DNA from: Phoronis australis
Taxonomy: Eukaryota; Animalia; Phoronida
NCBI GenBank assembly: GCA_002633005.1
Contig: NMRA01000023.1
Location: 240,580-304,579, forward strand
Direction: 5' to 3'
Length of the DNA: 64,000 nucleotides
Positions 11,020 to 25,020 of this stretch are shown in pieces. The position numbers and the translations under genes were made by a program. How positions within the stretch are numbered: position 1 is the stretch's first letter; each line of letters begins with the position of its first letter. Below the pieces are notes generated by a model. That model ran no database searches, was not told the origin of the DNA, and saw only the letters and a list, made by a program, of their open reading frames with translations.

Positions 11020-14000
11020 GGATTGTTCTAAAAAACCCTCCACCCCCAAACCCTCGACCCACAACCCCCTCGACCCACGACCCCCTCGACCCTCAACTTG
11101 TGGTAATAGAGGTACATGTATCTGTGCGCTTCCTATATATTTCATAATCTTATTACGTCGCTGAGTGACTTTCCCATAAGACATACCTACATGCGAGTCT
11201 GCTCTGGCTCAAGTCTGGTGATTAAAAACAGACAGTGGCGTGAGAACGTGGTCTTGAATAGCACATTGTAAGCGCGCTATCGTTGTCTCGGAAATAGTTC
11301 CACGAGCGGCTTCCAATGGCACAGTTCTACTAAACTTAGGGAGAGAGTACGTTAACGTGAATGTACATAATTTCATATCTTTATTGTTTCCTATGAGCAT
11401 GCGCGAGCCTGTGTAGTTGAGTATTGCTAGAGCTTCACTATTTTTAAAGTTTTTTCACAATTTCCCAACCGCTCATAGAGTTTAAAGACATCGGAGTATC
11501 ATAGGATTGGCCTGTGTTATTGAGTGAGAATTGATTTTATTTTGTATACTACTACTACTACTACTCAATGGCCTGTATCCCGAATGAGACGGTACCTGTG
11601 TACGCAGTCTTTTAACAAAAATCGAAGACATTCGTTTTCTACTCCACAAGTCTATCGATGTCCTGTGTTTAGCAAAACATGGCTAAATTGTTTGATTTCC
11701 GACGGTGAAATATCAATTGACGGCTATAACCTGTGCAGAAAAGATCGGACTGAAAGATATGGGGGCGTGTCCCTTTGAATCAGAGACAGCTACACTTTCA
11801 GTGAAAGACCCGACATTTCCTCAGGCTCTGATGTGGAAGCTGTGAACTCAGATTGCCAAATACAAAGTCGATTTTTATACGTTCCGTGTACCGACCACCA
11901 AATGCCGAATACAAACCATTCTTGGAAAATATAAGTAAACTGATTGAGAGGGCGGTCGCCACCTCAAGGGAAATGCATGTGCTTGGTGATGTCAACATTG
12001 ATCTACTCAGTCAGGAAACCGTCATGAAAAAGCCTACCTCTAGCTGTTCAATGCACAACAATTACGTCATGTTATCGTCGAGCCGACCCGCATCACTGAA
12101 GCTGACTTCGAGCACCTGTATAGACCACATAATAACTCACGTGACTAACAACGAAGTGAATGCTTCAGGTGTTGTTGCCCTAGGAATATTAGTGACCACT
12201 CTTTTGTTTACATGGTTCGTAAGGGGAAGCGGACCAGGGTTCGACCTATCTATGTTAAAGCCCGTTCTTATAAACATTGTATTGCTTGGGACTTTCTGAA
12301 CGATATTGCCGCGTGTCCCTGGGACGTTGTCAATCTGGGCATAAATGTTAATGAATGCTGGGAAATTTGACACTAATATTTTAAATCATTTTGTGATAAT
12401 CACGCACCAATCAGGTCAAGTAAACTCAAAGCTGACCGACCTGAATGGTTAACTGACAACTATATTACCCTCTCATTAGACCGTGATTATTGGCATGCCA
12501 AGGCATGCAAATCAAGACATGTTGATGATTGGTCCAAGGCTAAAGAACTCAGGAATCGTTGCAATAATCTAATCAAAGAAGTAGCACTACCAAACTGAAA
12601 TTGAAAATGCAAATGATAGTAAACAACTATGGAAAACTTTGAATGAAAAAGGTTCTACCCAAAAAGGGGGATGATCGAATCCAATCTGTTTTAAACGGCG
12701 ATGCCGAATCAAGTGATCCCAAGAAAATAGCAGAAGAGTTTAATACATTTTTTTTACTTCAATGGGTAAGAAATTGGCCTAATTATTCTCTGATATGCAT
12801 CAGCCAAATGATTCTAGCCTATTACACTTCAAAGCATTTAAGTTTTGTGAAATCACTGAGGGTTTCATCTAAACTTAATCTGAACAAGTCGACTGGCATG
12901 GATGAAATTCCATCTAGATTACTGTAACCCGCGGGACCGTTGATCTGGAAATCACATTTATTTTCAACATATCGTTGGAAACTCAGTTTATACCAGCCGC
13001 ATGGAAGAAGGCCAAAGTGAAACCTATTTTTAAGGAAGGCGATAATAATATTGTAAACAATTATCGTCCAATGTCAGTGGTCCCTGTTATGAATTTTTTT
13101 GAAAGAGGTGTACACTCAAAAGTGTACTCTTATTTAAATTCCAACGATCTTTTATGTGATGAAAATCGGGTTTTCGCCCCGCGCACTCAACGGCTATTTC
13201 TCTTCTTGACCAAACTGACTACTTACTTGACAATATGGACTATGGTGAAGCTACTGGTGCTATCTTTCTGGACCTAAGGAAAGCTTTCGATACTGTTAAC
13301 CACAATAGATTACTGTTAACACTTTCTAGGTGCGGTGTACGTGACGCCGAACTCGACTGATTCAGTAATTATTTAAGTAATCGGAATTAAATCACTATTG
13401 TTATTTTGTGTATTTGAAAATGATTTACCCACGTAAGTGAAACAATGTAGAATTAGTTTGTATGCAGACGACACGGCCCTCTTTTTTGTTGCCAAGTCAT
13501 TACCACCTTAGCAGAAGAAACAAAGACATTGAATGTTGGTAAAACCAAGGTTATGACTATTGGTAGCAGACAGAAGCTGGCTGTGTTGTCTCCAAGCGAC
13601 ATTGCCATTACTATTAACTGCACCCAGCTGGCAAGAACTGGGAAACATAAGTATCTGGGTGTTATGATTGATAATAATTTATCATGGGACGAACATGTAT
13701 AGTATGTGTGAAAAAAAGTTTCTCAGCGAATTGGACTTTTGCACAGAGTCAGGACCTATGTCGATCAGGCTACTCTTCGGACTCTGTACAGGAGTCTAAT
13801 TGTACCAAACTTTGAGCACTATGAAGTTGTGTGGGGTAATTGTGCATCATATCTTCAAGATAGACGTCAAAAATTACAAAACAAGGCTGGGAGACTGATA
13901 CTCATCTACAGTGGCCATTATAATGACTTTCTTATTTCTGACCTCCTCGATAAACTGTGTTGGTGCAGCCACGTAAGCAGGCGTGCCTTTCGTTAAAACT

Positions 14001-14942
14001 TTATGGTATACATGTACAAAGCCACATATAGCCTCACACCTCATTTCCTTACTACTAAATTCAAGCAGTCAAAGAATCTCACAATTATAGTACTAGAGCG
14101 AGTGTTTCTGGCTCCCTGGTACCAGTTAAACCTAAAAACTACTGTAGCAAAAGAACTTTTGGCCTACAGAGGTGCTGTCGCTTACAACGGGCTTGGGATT
14201 GCCGTCGCGAACGCGTCCAATGTCCACGTCTTCAAACAGAATTACTGGGACTATGTGCGTGGTTCGTTACTGTAGACCTCATCTCATCACTATTTTACTC
14301 CTTTTTATCTTATTTATTCATCAAATTGTACACATTAGCTAATTTTACACTAATTTATTTTATATTATTTATTATCTTTTCAATCTAATTGTACATGGCT
14401 GTCTGCATTTTACTTCATGTAATTATTTCCGACTGGGCCCACTTGAAAATCAGTGTATTCACTGAAGTGATCACCCAGTCTTTGAAAGAAGTTTAAATAA
14501 ATAAATAAATAAATAAATTTGCTTTATAATGTTTACTAGTTTAAAATATACTTCATATAACAGTTTGTTTTTTCAAACTGTGTTTACTGATGAAATTGCA
14601 GTTTTGTCGGTTCCTCCCACTCTCCGCAAAAAGGTTGAATCTGCCATTCACTGAAAAGCATACGAGAATACACTCTGCCGGGAACGACATTTGGAACGTT
14701 AGTAAGTCTTTGACTTGATGTGGTAGCGTTTTTTCCTTTGCCGAATTGACTATCTTAATTGCAAAAAATAGGGAAAAGCCATCCTAGCTCAAGGCCCAAC
14801 TCATTCATCCAGCAAGTTAGCGACTGTTTTATGTTCTTATGGAGTCGAGCTTGTGTAGAATGGGTCGAAGGGGTTGTGGGTCGTGAGTCGGGGATTGAGG
14901 GGTTCGTGGGGTGTTGTGGTCGAGGGGATTTTTGAACAATCC
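11020..14942. mobile_element. Non-autonomous TIR element (Mutator-like MITE) interrupted by a LINE
   Basis: GGATTGTTCTAAAAAACCCTC followed by CCCTCGACCC repeats at 11020-11095, and the inverted GGGTCG...GAGGGGATTTTTGAACAATCC at 14862-14942. The flanks cattaatac / atttaatag are a degenerate possible 9-bp TSD. Confidence 0.6.
11560..14518 (+). mobile_element. CR1/L2-group LINE, ORF2 pseudogene (APE endonuclease + reverse transcriptase)
   Basis: Motifs KTWL, IDGYNLCRKDR, GGV, VYRPP, LGDVNIDL, TCIDHI; WKKAKVKPIFK, NYRPMS, FLDLRKAFDTVNH, LYADDT, KYLGV. It has many frameshifts and ends in an (AAAT)n tail at about 14494-14518. Confidence 0.92.
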
Positions 14943-15699
14943 ATTTAATAGTCATCAATTGTTTTGACAACTATGGGTCTGGAGTTACAACAAATTCAGT
15001 TACATACAAATCAACGCTAACACAAGCCATCTTGTCTCAGTCGGACCGCGGAGAGTAAGCAGAGGATATTTATGAAGTTGCATTACTCAGTTACAAGTGG
15101 AAACCTACTTTAGCAGACGGTGTTTTCTCGGAGGAATCTTAGCATGATAAGATGCGTAGTAAGCTTAACTAGTTGCTTAAAATTTATTTTAAAGTTTCAC
15201 TTTATTTCTATTTTTTACATTTTCAATTGGTTTTGAGTGAAAACATTATTTTAAAACGAATAAGTCGGCGTTTCTTAAAAGATCCCGACCTCCAACCCCG
15301 GGCCTCTGACTTAGAAAGTAGTTACAGAGCCGAGGCGAGTCAAGAAAGGTAGACCAAGTCATTGCAGTGTTTATCGTACAGTATGTGGTATAAAAAGATT
15401 ATTACATGTTCTCAGTCGTTATCCATCTCGGGCTCTAGATTACGAGGATAACGACTATATACAGAAGCCCACACACACATGTATACCGCATACGTCTTGA
15501 TACGGCCGTGCAAAAAAATCGTGTCACGTGTCCGTGCAAGGACTTAAAGTGGGACTGTAGGGTCACGTGACCATAAAAATAATCATTGTCACTTGACCAA
15601 AACAGAACTACTTTCCACAGCAGTACTTTTAAAGATTCAACATGATTAACCACGTTTAAGCTAATAGCTTTTATGATTTTTTATTCACGGTAAATTTTT

Positions 15700-15995
15700 A
15701 ATATTTACATGTAGCAAACGTAATACACTAGAAAGCTCTTTCTTCAAACTCGCCCGTTCAGGACAACTTGTAAACAAAGCCAGTGAATCTAATCGTTGTA
15801 AACTGCCGTGGTAACTAGAGTACCGTTCTGTTTTCATTATTTTGTGGTGTAAAATATTAACAGTAATATCCAATTAAACTCAATCAAAAAACTTTTTACA
15901 TGACAAATTTTCGATAAATCAAAAGGATTTGTCTGCCTCCAATCGGGTACTGAAGCCGAAACCAAGAACGCGTCGAAGTAGGTCAAATTAGCCAA
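15700..15995 (+). repeat. Interspersed repeat family C
   Basis: Inverted copy at about 42710-43065; the shared stretch includes cttgtaaacaaagccagtgaatctaatcgttgtaaact. Confidence 0.8.
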
Positions 15996-17039
15996 AGAGA
16001 AAGTCCAAAGATCCATAGAACCGAAAAAATGAAAATATCACGAAAACACCGCTTTTGACATCAGAATTTCTGGGTACCTGGCTTTCAGGGTCGCTGTTTT
16101 CCTACGGGTTTTGGCCAAAGATGAAGACTCATCGAAGAAATGGGGGTTAGGTCTTGAGACTGTTTCGGCTGAGTGAAAATACACACCTGGCGCATCAGCC
16201 TCGGCAAATAACAAACCCATACATATTTAAAACGTGTAGTTTAACATATATTTATTCCACGCTGTACAATATTCGGACATGCAAGACGTGACAATTGGTC
16301 TACTGACAAATAACTACAAGTGCGGACAAATAAAATCGCGTGCGACGAACTGCTTCCTCTGTACTGGATCACTGTCTTGGAATTCCGACTTATGTGGGTC
16401 AAAAACGTTTACAAACAGAATAAAATATAAAAACAATTGAAAGTAAACTATATAAATTGTAATCATACTTCACAGTTATTACCAAAACATGGAGTAAAAC
16501 AATCAAAAATATCTTTTTAACAATTCGCGACAACGTCTAGCACAGTGTACATGTAATTCACTTTCCAGAAAAAATCACGATTTTAGAAATATACGCGAAG
16601 GAAAAACTCTGTAGTCACCACAGAATTTCTAATGTTTCTTACACTTATGACAAATAGTTGACTGATGAGATGGATATTAACGGCAGATTATCAAATGTGA
16701 TCGGACTGCAAATCTGAAGTCGACTGCACAATATCAGGCCAGCTAATGAAGCAAGCACTTTTCCAAAAATAATTCGAAGTGCATTTAGAATATTGTGTAT
16801 TACGATAAATTCTTATCTAAGGTTAAATAGTTATGATTTACATCAGTTGCCTGTTAATCACAGTGGCTGTGCGAGCAATTGAAAGATATTTGTTTGAAAT
16901 TTGAAGCTAAAAGAAAAATGCTTGGTTATCAATAAAGATTCAAAATCTTTACTAACAGACCGTAAAAATACAAGGTGAATAGGTTAAAATTCTGTTTAAG
17001 TGGCAAAAAACCACTTAGAATATTGCACTTTAGTTTCAG

Positions 17040-18545
17040 GCTTCTTAAAAGGAGACCTTGCGTTAGTCGATAGATGCGTGTTTGCGTATTCAGTGGTGGA
17101 AATCGTCTCGAGCACGTCATGGAAAGAAACTATTCCAGCTTTCTTGAAAATCGTCAGCACTCATGGGACCCCGTTGGAAGTTCACACAGGTAACAGTGCA
17201 CCATTTCAGTCTGAGAAATTTAAACAATCAAGAGTTCAACGAGGATTTTCGCACCAGAAAATATCACTACAATGGACAGATGGAATCAGTCATGCGTTTT
17301 CTGATGGAAAGTGCTGGAAACGCAAGTTGTGCCGTTTTCTCACAAACTATACAGCAGCACCGCACCAAAGTGTTATAGTGGTGTATTTTCTTTGCTCTAC
17401 GTTCAATGTTTGTCTTGTTTTCTATTTATGTTGATGTGATTTTCTTTATTGATGAGAAGTATAAATAAGTATTAATATTTTCCCAGATTTGAAACGTCGT
17501 TGCTATTGCTGAAGCCCTCTGTGTTTGCTACTCAACCACGAGGATTGTGTTTCTCTTATGTTTCTATGTTATTTTGTAACCATTTTGATCTTTTCACCTG
17601 TCCTAGAGACTGTATTTGTTTTGAGAAATCGTCCAATCAGTTAGGATATGTTTAGGTCATTACATGTAGGCTACTTTGCAGTTGAAGATTTGACTTGGCT
17701 CGTAGTCATTCAGTATTCTGTCAGAGCGTAAGTGGTATTTCAGGCTGTGTCTCAAAGTCAGTCACTTAGTAGCTTCAATGCAGCTTTGGTCCCTCGAAGT
17801 CGCATTTGAAGTGGGTGTTATGCTTCTTCAACTAAAATAAGATTTTAACGACAACATGGTGTCCTTGCCTCGAACAAACGCGGTTACAAAAACATAGGGA
17901 AATCTCCGTACGAGTTAAGTATGGGCTTCACTATGCACACGAATATACCGTCATTCGAGAAACGTGATACTGACGTCGAAGTGAAACTTCGCGATGCGAA
18001 AGCGAAGAAGAAGATGAAAACCATGCGATACGAAAAACAGGAGAGCATTCACTTCACGGTATTAGTGAAACAACGACAGTTGAACAAGTCCATAGAGCCT
18101 GATGAACTGATTCCGTATGAGGACGAGAACGTGATAGGAAGCATGAGTTCAGTAAGTCGGTCGTCATACAGTAAGCCCATCATGCGCAACCGTTCACACT
18201 AGAAGAAAATCGACGTAAGAGATTTGTTACAATTCCAAAAATCGTTGATATATCGGATGCCACCGCGGACGACTGAACCGGTCGACACAGCTGACTTTCC
18301 TGTCGAGAACAGTGCAAAGACAACTGTTGTCAGATCTCGATATGTTCGTGAGATGACGGAAACCGTTTGGCTGAAGGATTATGGGCTTTCAAAGTTTTGA
18401 AAAGGTTTGTGTAGTTTGTTGTTTCAAACATAAGAGCTTTAATCGGTACAGTAAAATTTCTTAAAGTATAATCAATTTTTTATTCATTTCTCACGCAACT
18501 GAAGAACAGTTGTTCTTAAAAGCTAGCAAGATGGGGAAGAATATG
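17040..18545 (+). mobile_element. Gypsy/Ty3 LTR retrotransposon integrase remnant
   Basis: VEIVSSTS...HGTP...TGNSAPFQSEKF...GFSHQKIS...FLTNYTAAPH. After an insertion the frame resumes GKSPYEL...G and ends ...WLKDY near 18380. A purine tract lies at about 18527-18541. Confidence 0.8.
17371..17888 (+). mobile_element. Probable solo LTR inserted in the Gypsy integrase
   Basis: Starts TGTTA and ends TTACA, about 518 bp. It splits the integrase PH-x-x-T-G-x-S-P motif. Flanks are aaag / aaaa (imperfect TSD). Confidence 0.55.
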
Positions 18546-20820
18546 GCTATGTATGGTATATTCTGTTAGAATAAGCTGGCACCCACGAAGTATGAAACAG
18601 GTTTGTTAATGACTTCCAAACCATATTTCATTATGGTTCATACAGCCAGACTAGATTTCGTGCACGGTAACATAACCCCCGTTTCTCACATTACGTGGAA
18701 TGTGCTACGCCACGACTGGTTAATAACAACGAGTACGTAATTTTTTGATATTACATAGGCAAATCACAAAGTAGTGCAAAGGAGAAATCCATACGCCTTA
18801 TATTTTTCAAGAGGTTTTGCCCATACCATAAAGCTGAGACTCGTGTAGGATTCTCTATCACCGGGAGGAAGTTTTGAGACTTCGAAAATCATATCTGGGG
18901 TGTTGCAGATGTGTGTTAAACCAGTATAACACATACACTTAGCTTGATAAACAAAGGGTTGTCACCTTGACAACATTGAAAATAATGGTTACACTGCTTA
19001 TTGCTGACAACTCGTGTTTCACACAGGTACCAGCTAATGTTAAATACAAATTCTTGAAAAGTACTATATTTACCGAGCATGCTAAATATTTTAAATGAAT
19101 GTTACACCAGGGTGATGTTGCTTTTGTAAGCTTTTATACTTCTCTTAAAGCAGTTGACAATGTTTTGGCAATAATGGGTTTCCTACCCCCAGTTTGACAA
19201 AACAAACTTTTAAGTATCAAAATAGGTATGAAAATACCCCTGCAGTTACATTGAACTGGAAATTTTGCAACTGGCGCATGCGTATGCTGTTGTCAAAGCG
19301 TTTACTCGTGTGATTACGTAATATTGTGAGTACTCAGTGAATATATACTCGCCCTCAGAAGTTGAATTTCTGCTTTCTTTGAAATGTTCAACGTTAAATG
19401 CGGGACTCTTAAGCGTAGGACCATAAGTAGACACCTTGAATTTCCACCCGTAATTCAACCTCGTTGTATCGCTAAACAATCATTTTGATGGCGTCATTTT
19501 TAGCTCCGCAAACACTGGCCTTTCACTCGTTTGATTTTGCTAAGTCTTGCGTGATTTCCCCTTTTCCACAACTTGCTCGACCGAACCCAAGCAAGGTCCA
19601 AGTTTAACACACGCGAAGGAAGCCACTATGATCACGCTCTTTAGCTTGTAATGCATGGTGATATCTTGCAAGGTCTTGCGTGATCTATGCTTTGCTAGGT
19701 TCCGGCGTCTACAAAACGCATCCCACATACTATCACACAGTGGAGGTTGACACTACGTGACGATTTTCTGACCAAATTTACCAGTAGTGTTGTTAGGCAG
19801 CAGCAGTCACTTTTCTTCCGACATCTTCTTCGGGTTGGAGATGCCCATGTACAAATAGTTATACAACCAGGTGCACGAAGAGTGACTCACTTTTCGATTT
19901 GCCCTCTCCCCCTTAAGTTTTTAATTTGCAGTATCAGGGTGCCAAGTGATAGCTTTCGATCCAGTGCATCAGAAAAAATGAAGCCACAAACAAATTTGGT
20001 GAAATTTCTTCGCTTGGCGCGCAATTCCATTGAAACGTGGAAAACCCCAAAAATACTCTTTTTAATAACAATCTTCATGACTTTGGAATAAACGAGGATG
20101 AGATACGAACTCAGAGAATTCATTAGCACATTAGGTTTTGTTCCAGTTGTAAATAAATCGAAATTCAATGTTAAAAACTTTACAAATTTGTTCAAATGAT
20201 ACTAATGTGACACGGAGTGCGATTTGAGTTTCCAAAACTGTAACACGCTTTCGATTACTCCAATAATGATATTACCTGTATGTTTGCAATTAAGGTATTC
20301 TGCGCATTATGATGCTTTTAAAACTATGGGAAAATGTGTATAACTTACTGACCGGAGTATGACTCAAGAAAAATTAGCTAAATTGGATTGTTATGTTTTT
20401 TGACTGAAACGACTATAACAGGTACGGTGGTCATCAGTTGACTGCCAGATTTACACGCACTCAGTTTGTTCACCTTTACTGTTCTTCTTGTAATATAATG
20501 TTCGCGACGCGGTTATGATCAGAAACATCCGTGCAGTATGAAATTTCCGAGTCAACATAAAAGTTGGACTTATCGATTTCTAGCGCTGACGATATGTCTT
20601 CATGCAGCTAGCTGAATAGCTAATTACAGTCAAATATTGCGAAAATAATGTCCCTCTTAACTTTGCGATTCACCGATTATCATAAGAGATTAAACTTTCA
20701 TTCAGCGGAGACGTCCAGCGGTAACACAAACCTGATTAACGGTTTCTTAGGTTTACGGTGATAAATCCCTGCTGCAGCCCATTAAGTGATCATAGATTCA
20801 ATAGTGTCAGACCGATCATC

Positions 20821-21108
20821 ATGTTTAAACGCGGTTTAGTGTTTCTCTTTTTTCTACAAGTGCATGTCCAGTTTAATTTCATGGTGGCTCTAGATATAAG
20901 CAGCAGATTTCACACGGAGAATACATCCGCATCAACATGTACGGGGCACGTAACCGTCAGCGTATTCTCTGCGATTGACTGTTCTCGTCTCTGTTCTGTG
21001 GATCCCACTTGTGTGGCTTTCCTGTATGTCGGCAGAAAGATTTGTTCAGCTTGCAATGTTGTGGAAAAGGCAATTCCAAAGAACGGCGGGAATGTTTTTG
21101 GGTGGCGG
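20821..21108 (+). CDS. Exon 1 of a secreted PAN/Apple + fibrinogen-related protein (signal peptide + PAN-like module)
   Basis: MFKRGLVFLFFLQVHVQFNFMVAL is a hydrophobic leader. SAIDCSRLCSVDPTCVAFLY...C has the PAN C-x3-C-x5-C-x-AF-x-Y pattern. The exon ends at a consensus GTGAGT donor (21109), phase 0. Confidence 0.7.
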
Positions 21109-21360
21109 GTGAGTACGTCAAAAAGCCGAGAGGATGACCAATCAAGTACTGTCTTGCATCTGAAATGTTCGCGCTCACGCCATTTGCGAAATATGTGTGT
21201 CCAGTGTGCATTCTGTTATTCGTCGTCCACGAGGCCTAAATTCCCAAAAAATATTGATGCGCTCATCTCTACCTTATACATTTTTGGGAGAATAACACAT
21301 GAAACTATCACAGCATATAATAAATATTGTTTCAAGTCTGTTTTGATTCTTTTACATGAC

Positions 21361-21638
21361 CAGTGGCGGATTTAGGGGGCTTAAGTTCTACCAGATACCA
21401 TTTGGGAGCTTACGTGTGAATTGCTGACTTGCACATGCGCGCATCCAGGGGGGTGAATAAACGATGCATAGACCCAGAAGAAATACGTTCACCGTTTTTT
21501 TTTTAGTCAGCAGGTACGCAAACCCTAAAATTCGAGACCCTGCATCACCACATGTGAGGCTGGGCGCGCGCATCTGCCGAAATTCTGGTTATTCCTGTGC
21601 CCTGGCCCCCCTAACTCAAAATCCTGGATCCGCCCCTG
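21361..21638. mobile_element. hAT-like MITE with a 5-bp TSD, in the intron
   Basis: Termini CAGTGGCGGATTTAGG / CCTGGATCCGCCCCTG, with ATGAC directly on both sides. Confidence 0.7.
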
Positions 21639-23347
21639 ATGACCTTGCAAAATAGATATCTAAACGTAATTATCTCACCTGATAATAAAATGACGGCGAC
21701 AATTGTTTGGATTGGTGATGATTGCAGCTAATTACAATAGCAGATTTTAAACAATTTAGTATGATTTCATACGTCTATATTTTGTCTGCGAGACGGGGTG
21801 AAATCTGTGTAGGGAACAACAAAAATGATTTAATAAACGCCACTGACCCAACAGTTATATACTGTAATTCAGTTTAGTCAGAAACTGTTGTTTAACACTA
21901 CTTGCCTTGCATCATTGTGCCGATGACGAATATTCCGCTCACGATGGTTTAAAACTAAATTCCAAAATGATTTCCAATACGGCGACGAAGTAGATAGCGT
22001 GTGACAAAATTTATTGTTGAAAACACCAAAAATATTTGAGTACTGTTCCGACATTTTACTTGCAATCCAGACTAAAAAATGAATATTTTTCTCGGTAGTA
22101 AAAAGTTGCATTTGAAAGGAAAACGAGAGCTTCTCAGTAGTGCAAAGCGTAAACCTTTCTACACGTTGTACCCATCCCTGAGAAGAGAGGTACGGTAAGG
22201 CCAGATGAAATGTACCTTTCGATCGCTAGTGTATGACACAACAACACGAAGTTTTTCTTGTCTCGGTGTTATTTTTATGATACACGAAATTATTTTTGTA
22301 GGAATTCCAAGATTGTTCCGTTCCAGGTAGGCACGTTTATTGTTTGAAAGTAGGAAGAAAGGGTGCATGACAGAATGTCTCGTAATTTGTTGTAACATTC
22401 GTTGGATCAATTCAGATTCTCAAAAACCTTACAGGATGCACCTTTTTCAAAACAAGGAGATCATTATTTTCTTAAAGCATTATTTACGCGTGGAGTGCCG
22501 TAACTTCTAGGGAAACACACCATAAAGCACTGTCGATTCAGTTGGCAAAGGAAAATGTATTCCAAATTTTTATAATTCGGCAAAAATATGATTCGCGTGG
22601 ACGATCCTTTCCTGATAAATTTGAACAACGTGTAACTTTAGTAACAAATTCACGGAGGCAGCATGTCCTGTCGAGGCAGTGCAGCCTAGTTGTAGCTGCA
22701 GACCACACTGCTTAAACGCTTGAGTAAAGTCCTTTTGATCCATAACTAACTATATGTGTTCCTTCATTCGTGTTACAATTTATTTTAAAACTTGTATACT
22801 ATTGTCTCTTTTTGCGAAACTAATTTTATGCAAATGAGTGTTGTGATATTTCATCGTTACCCTAATAAAAACAAAGCACAGAGTTTATTATTTGTTTATT
22901 TCATTTTCAAATAACGACTATGTGGAATTATTAGTTTTTTTATGTTAACAATTGTTTTAAGTGTATTAGTTGTGGTGTTTTCTTTAAAACCGCAATATAA
23001 CTAATTTTTTTTTTATTTTCCTGAATGTACTTGTACGCACAGCTCTCCACCAAGGCACTACGGGTGCTTGATGCAAATTTGGATATTAGCGGATTTAATG
23101 AGACATAGCATCTTTAATATTTGACCTTAGAACTCAGGAATGCCAACTCCTGCAAGAGACCACTGTACTCTATTATTAGAGCTTGCGACCCCGAGACTAG
23201 CACTGAGATTTTCCGACTGTCTGCTCGACTCTGTTTTGATCAAGTGTTGGAGTTATCAAATGATGCCTAATTTCATTGCTCCATTTTTCGCTGCGATTTA
23301 GATTACCAGCGATTTCCGGGCAAAATAAGTCAACAAACCCGACTATT

Positions 23348-23470
23348 GGCCTATCCCCAGGATTTTGAGTGACGGGTTAACTGACCGATAAAAACACAAC
23401 ATTCTTTCTACACCTTCGTTACCAAGCCGCCATTTTACCCGAAAAACAACACATTGTTGGGCAAAGCTTA
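23348..23470 (+). repeat. Interspersed repeat family D
   Basis: Inverted copy at about 47515-47645 (cctatc.ccaggatt...tacaccttcgtt...aag.cgccattttacc.ga.aaacaacac). Confidence 0.7.
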
Positions 23471-24586
23471 TTGTTTGTTTTTCGACTTTTCGTAAGAGGG
23501 CGGAGCTTGCCATAGGTCAATTACATAGGTCATTCTACTCGTATTTTGCGTAGTTAGTCAATTATTACTTCCTCCAACTGTTCCTATAATAATTCATTGA
23601 TGCAATGTTTGTCTGTTGCCGAGATACGTTTTTGTTAACTCAATTTATCTGCAGCAAATGTTGTTTGCCGCATTTACTATACCCGTAAAATAAAATTAAA
23701 AATGAAAAAGTTACCTTGTAAAAAATCTAACCCAATACTTTGTGTTGCTGACAGCCTACATTGTAATTCCCAATTGTACCGCTCTTGGTGGACTATCCCA
23801 CTTTAATTTTTCCATCCCGCCACACCATCAAAATGCCCTGTTTTTGGCACGCGACGATACTGACATATCAACATGACATACATTGTACTTCTCTAATTTC
23901 CCACGTGACACAGCACTATTTTCCCGTTCGATTATAAACAAAACGGGACGTTTCATGGATCTCGTGGCACACGCAGCTGCCCATGTTCTGATCCCAATGT
24001 TAAGTGTAGCAGTAGCCAACAACACATCTGAGCATATGTACTTCAACATCAGGCTCTGCCTCAGAGTCCAACATGCATGTTTAGTCAAACATTTGCGTTA
24101 ATAGTACATTACAAACTCAACGAGGTTTCCTAACATGAGGGTGTACAAGGGTACAACCCTGTAACAGGGATCCACATTCTAGAATATTTGGATCGATAGG
24201 ATAGAAATATTTCGTGGATCAAAGAAATTACTTCCCTGCAGGTTTAATGACTCTCACAGTTTTAACCAACGTATATCAGAGTAACTTTGGAGAAAATTAC
24301 GACCACGTGAGAGCATACGTAACCATATCATTGACAGCTCGCATTTCGCGTGTAAGCTCCGGAACGTACAAACATGCACTATTAAAATGCCCAGCACTGA
24401 AACGATTGGTAGTCAAGCCTGGAACGTTTAATTAAGCTAAAACGTAAAAACGCTACATTTTCCCGCGAGAAGTGGCAGTGTGTAACAATAGTAAGGACAC
24501 CATTGCACTCATTCACCAACAGAAGGAAGCAACGTTCGGATATCGCAACTAGTTGGAAAATAACATTCCAACTTTCTGATTGGTTC

Positions 24587-24625
24587 TCCAGGAATGCATT
24601 CCAGGAATGCATTCCAGGAATGCAT
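24587..24625. repeat. 13-bp tandem repeat (TCCAGGAATGCAT)x3
   Basis: Read directly from the sequence. Confidence 0.9.
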
Positions 24626-24954
24626 AGAAGGCCCTGTACAGTTTAAATACATGTACATGTTGAAATATGATGATTTCCTGAATATTGTTAGAAAAGACAA
24701 CAAAATAATAAACTTGGTATAATTGCAGAGTGAAGAAGTAATTACAGTTGTGGAAGCAGAAATTGTTTTTTAAATATAAACAATTTTTGACGTCACATAG
24801 AGCATGAATTCAATATTCAGAAATACATTCTTCTGAATTATAGTAAGTTTGTGGAAAGCACTGAAAAATGGAAACCCTGGCTGGTCCGTTTTGGCTAAGA
24901 ACTATATTACTGATATAAGTTACTAACAAACGTAATGAAGAAGCCACCCTACAC

Positions 24955-25020
24955 ATGTGTGCGTGCGTGTGCGTGTGCGTGCGTGCGTGTGCGTGCGTGC
25001 ATGTGCGTGTGTGCTGTGTG
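24955..25020. repeat. (GTGC)n/(GT)n microsatellite
   Basis: Read directly from the sequence. Confidence 0.9.

Noticed and set aside
19246-20195. Cluster of overlapping 60-114 aa ORFs
   Set aside because: No recognisable domain or consistent splice structure.
20758-21375. 205-aa ORF as a single-exon gene
   Set aside because: Protein-like sequence ends at the GTGAGT donor at 21109. The remainder is intron read-through into a MITE.
24587-24625. Palindromic GGAATGCATTCC repeats as a regulatory array
   Set aside because: Explained by simple slippage of a 13-bp unit; there is no functional evidence.
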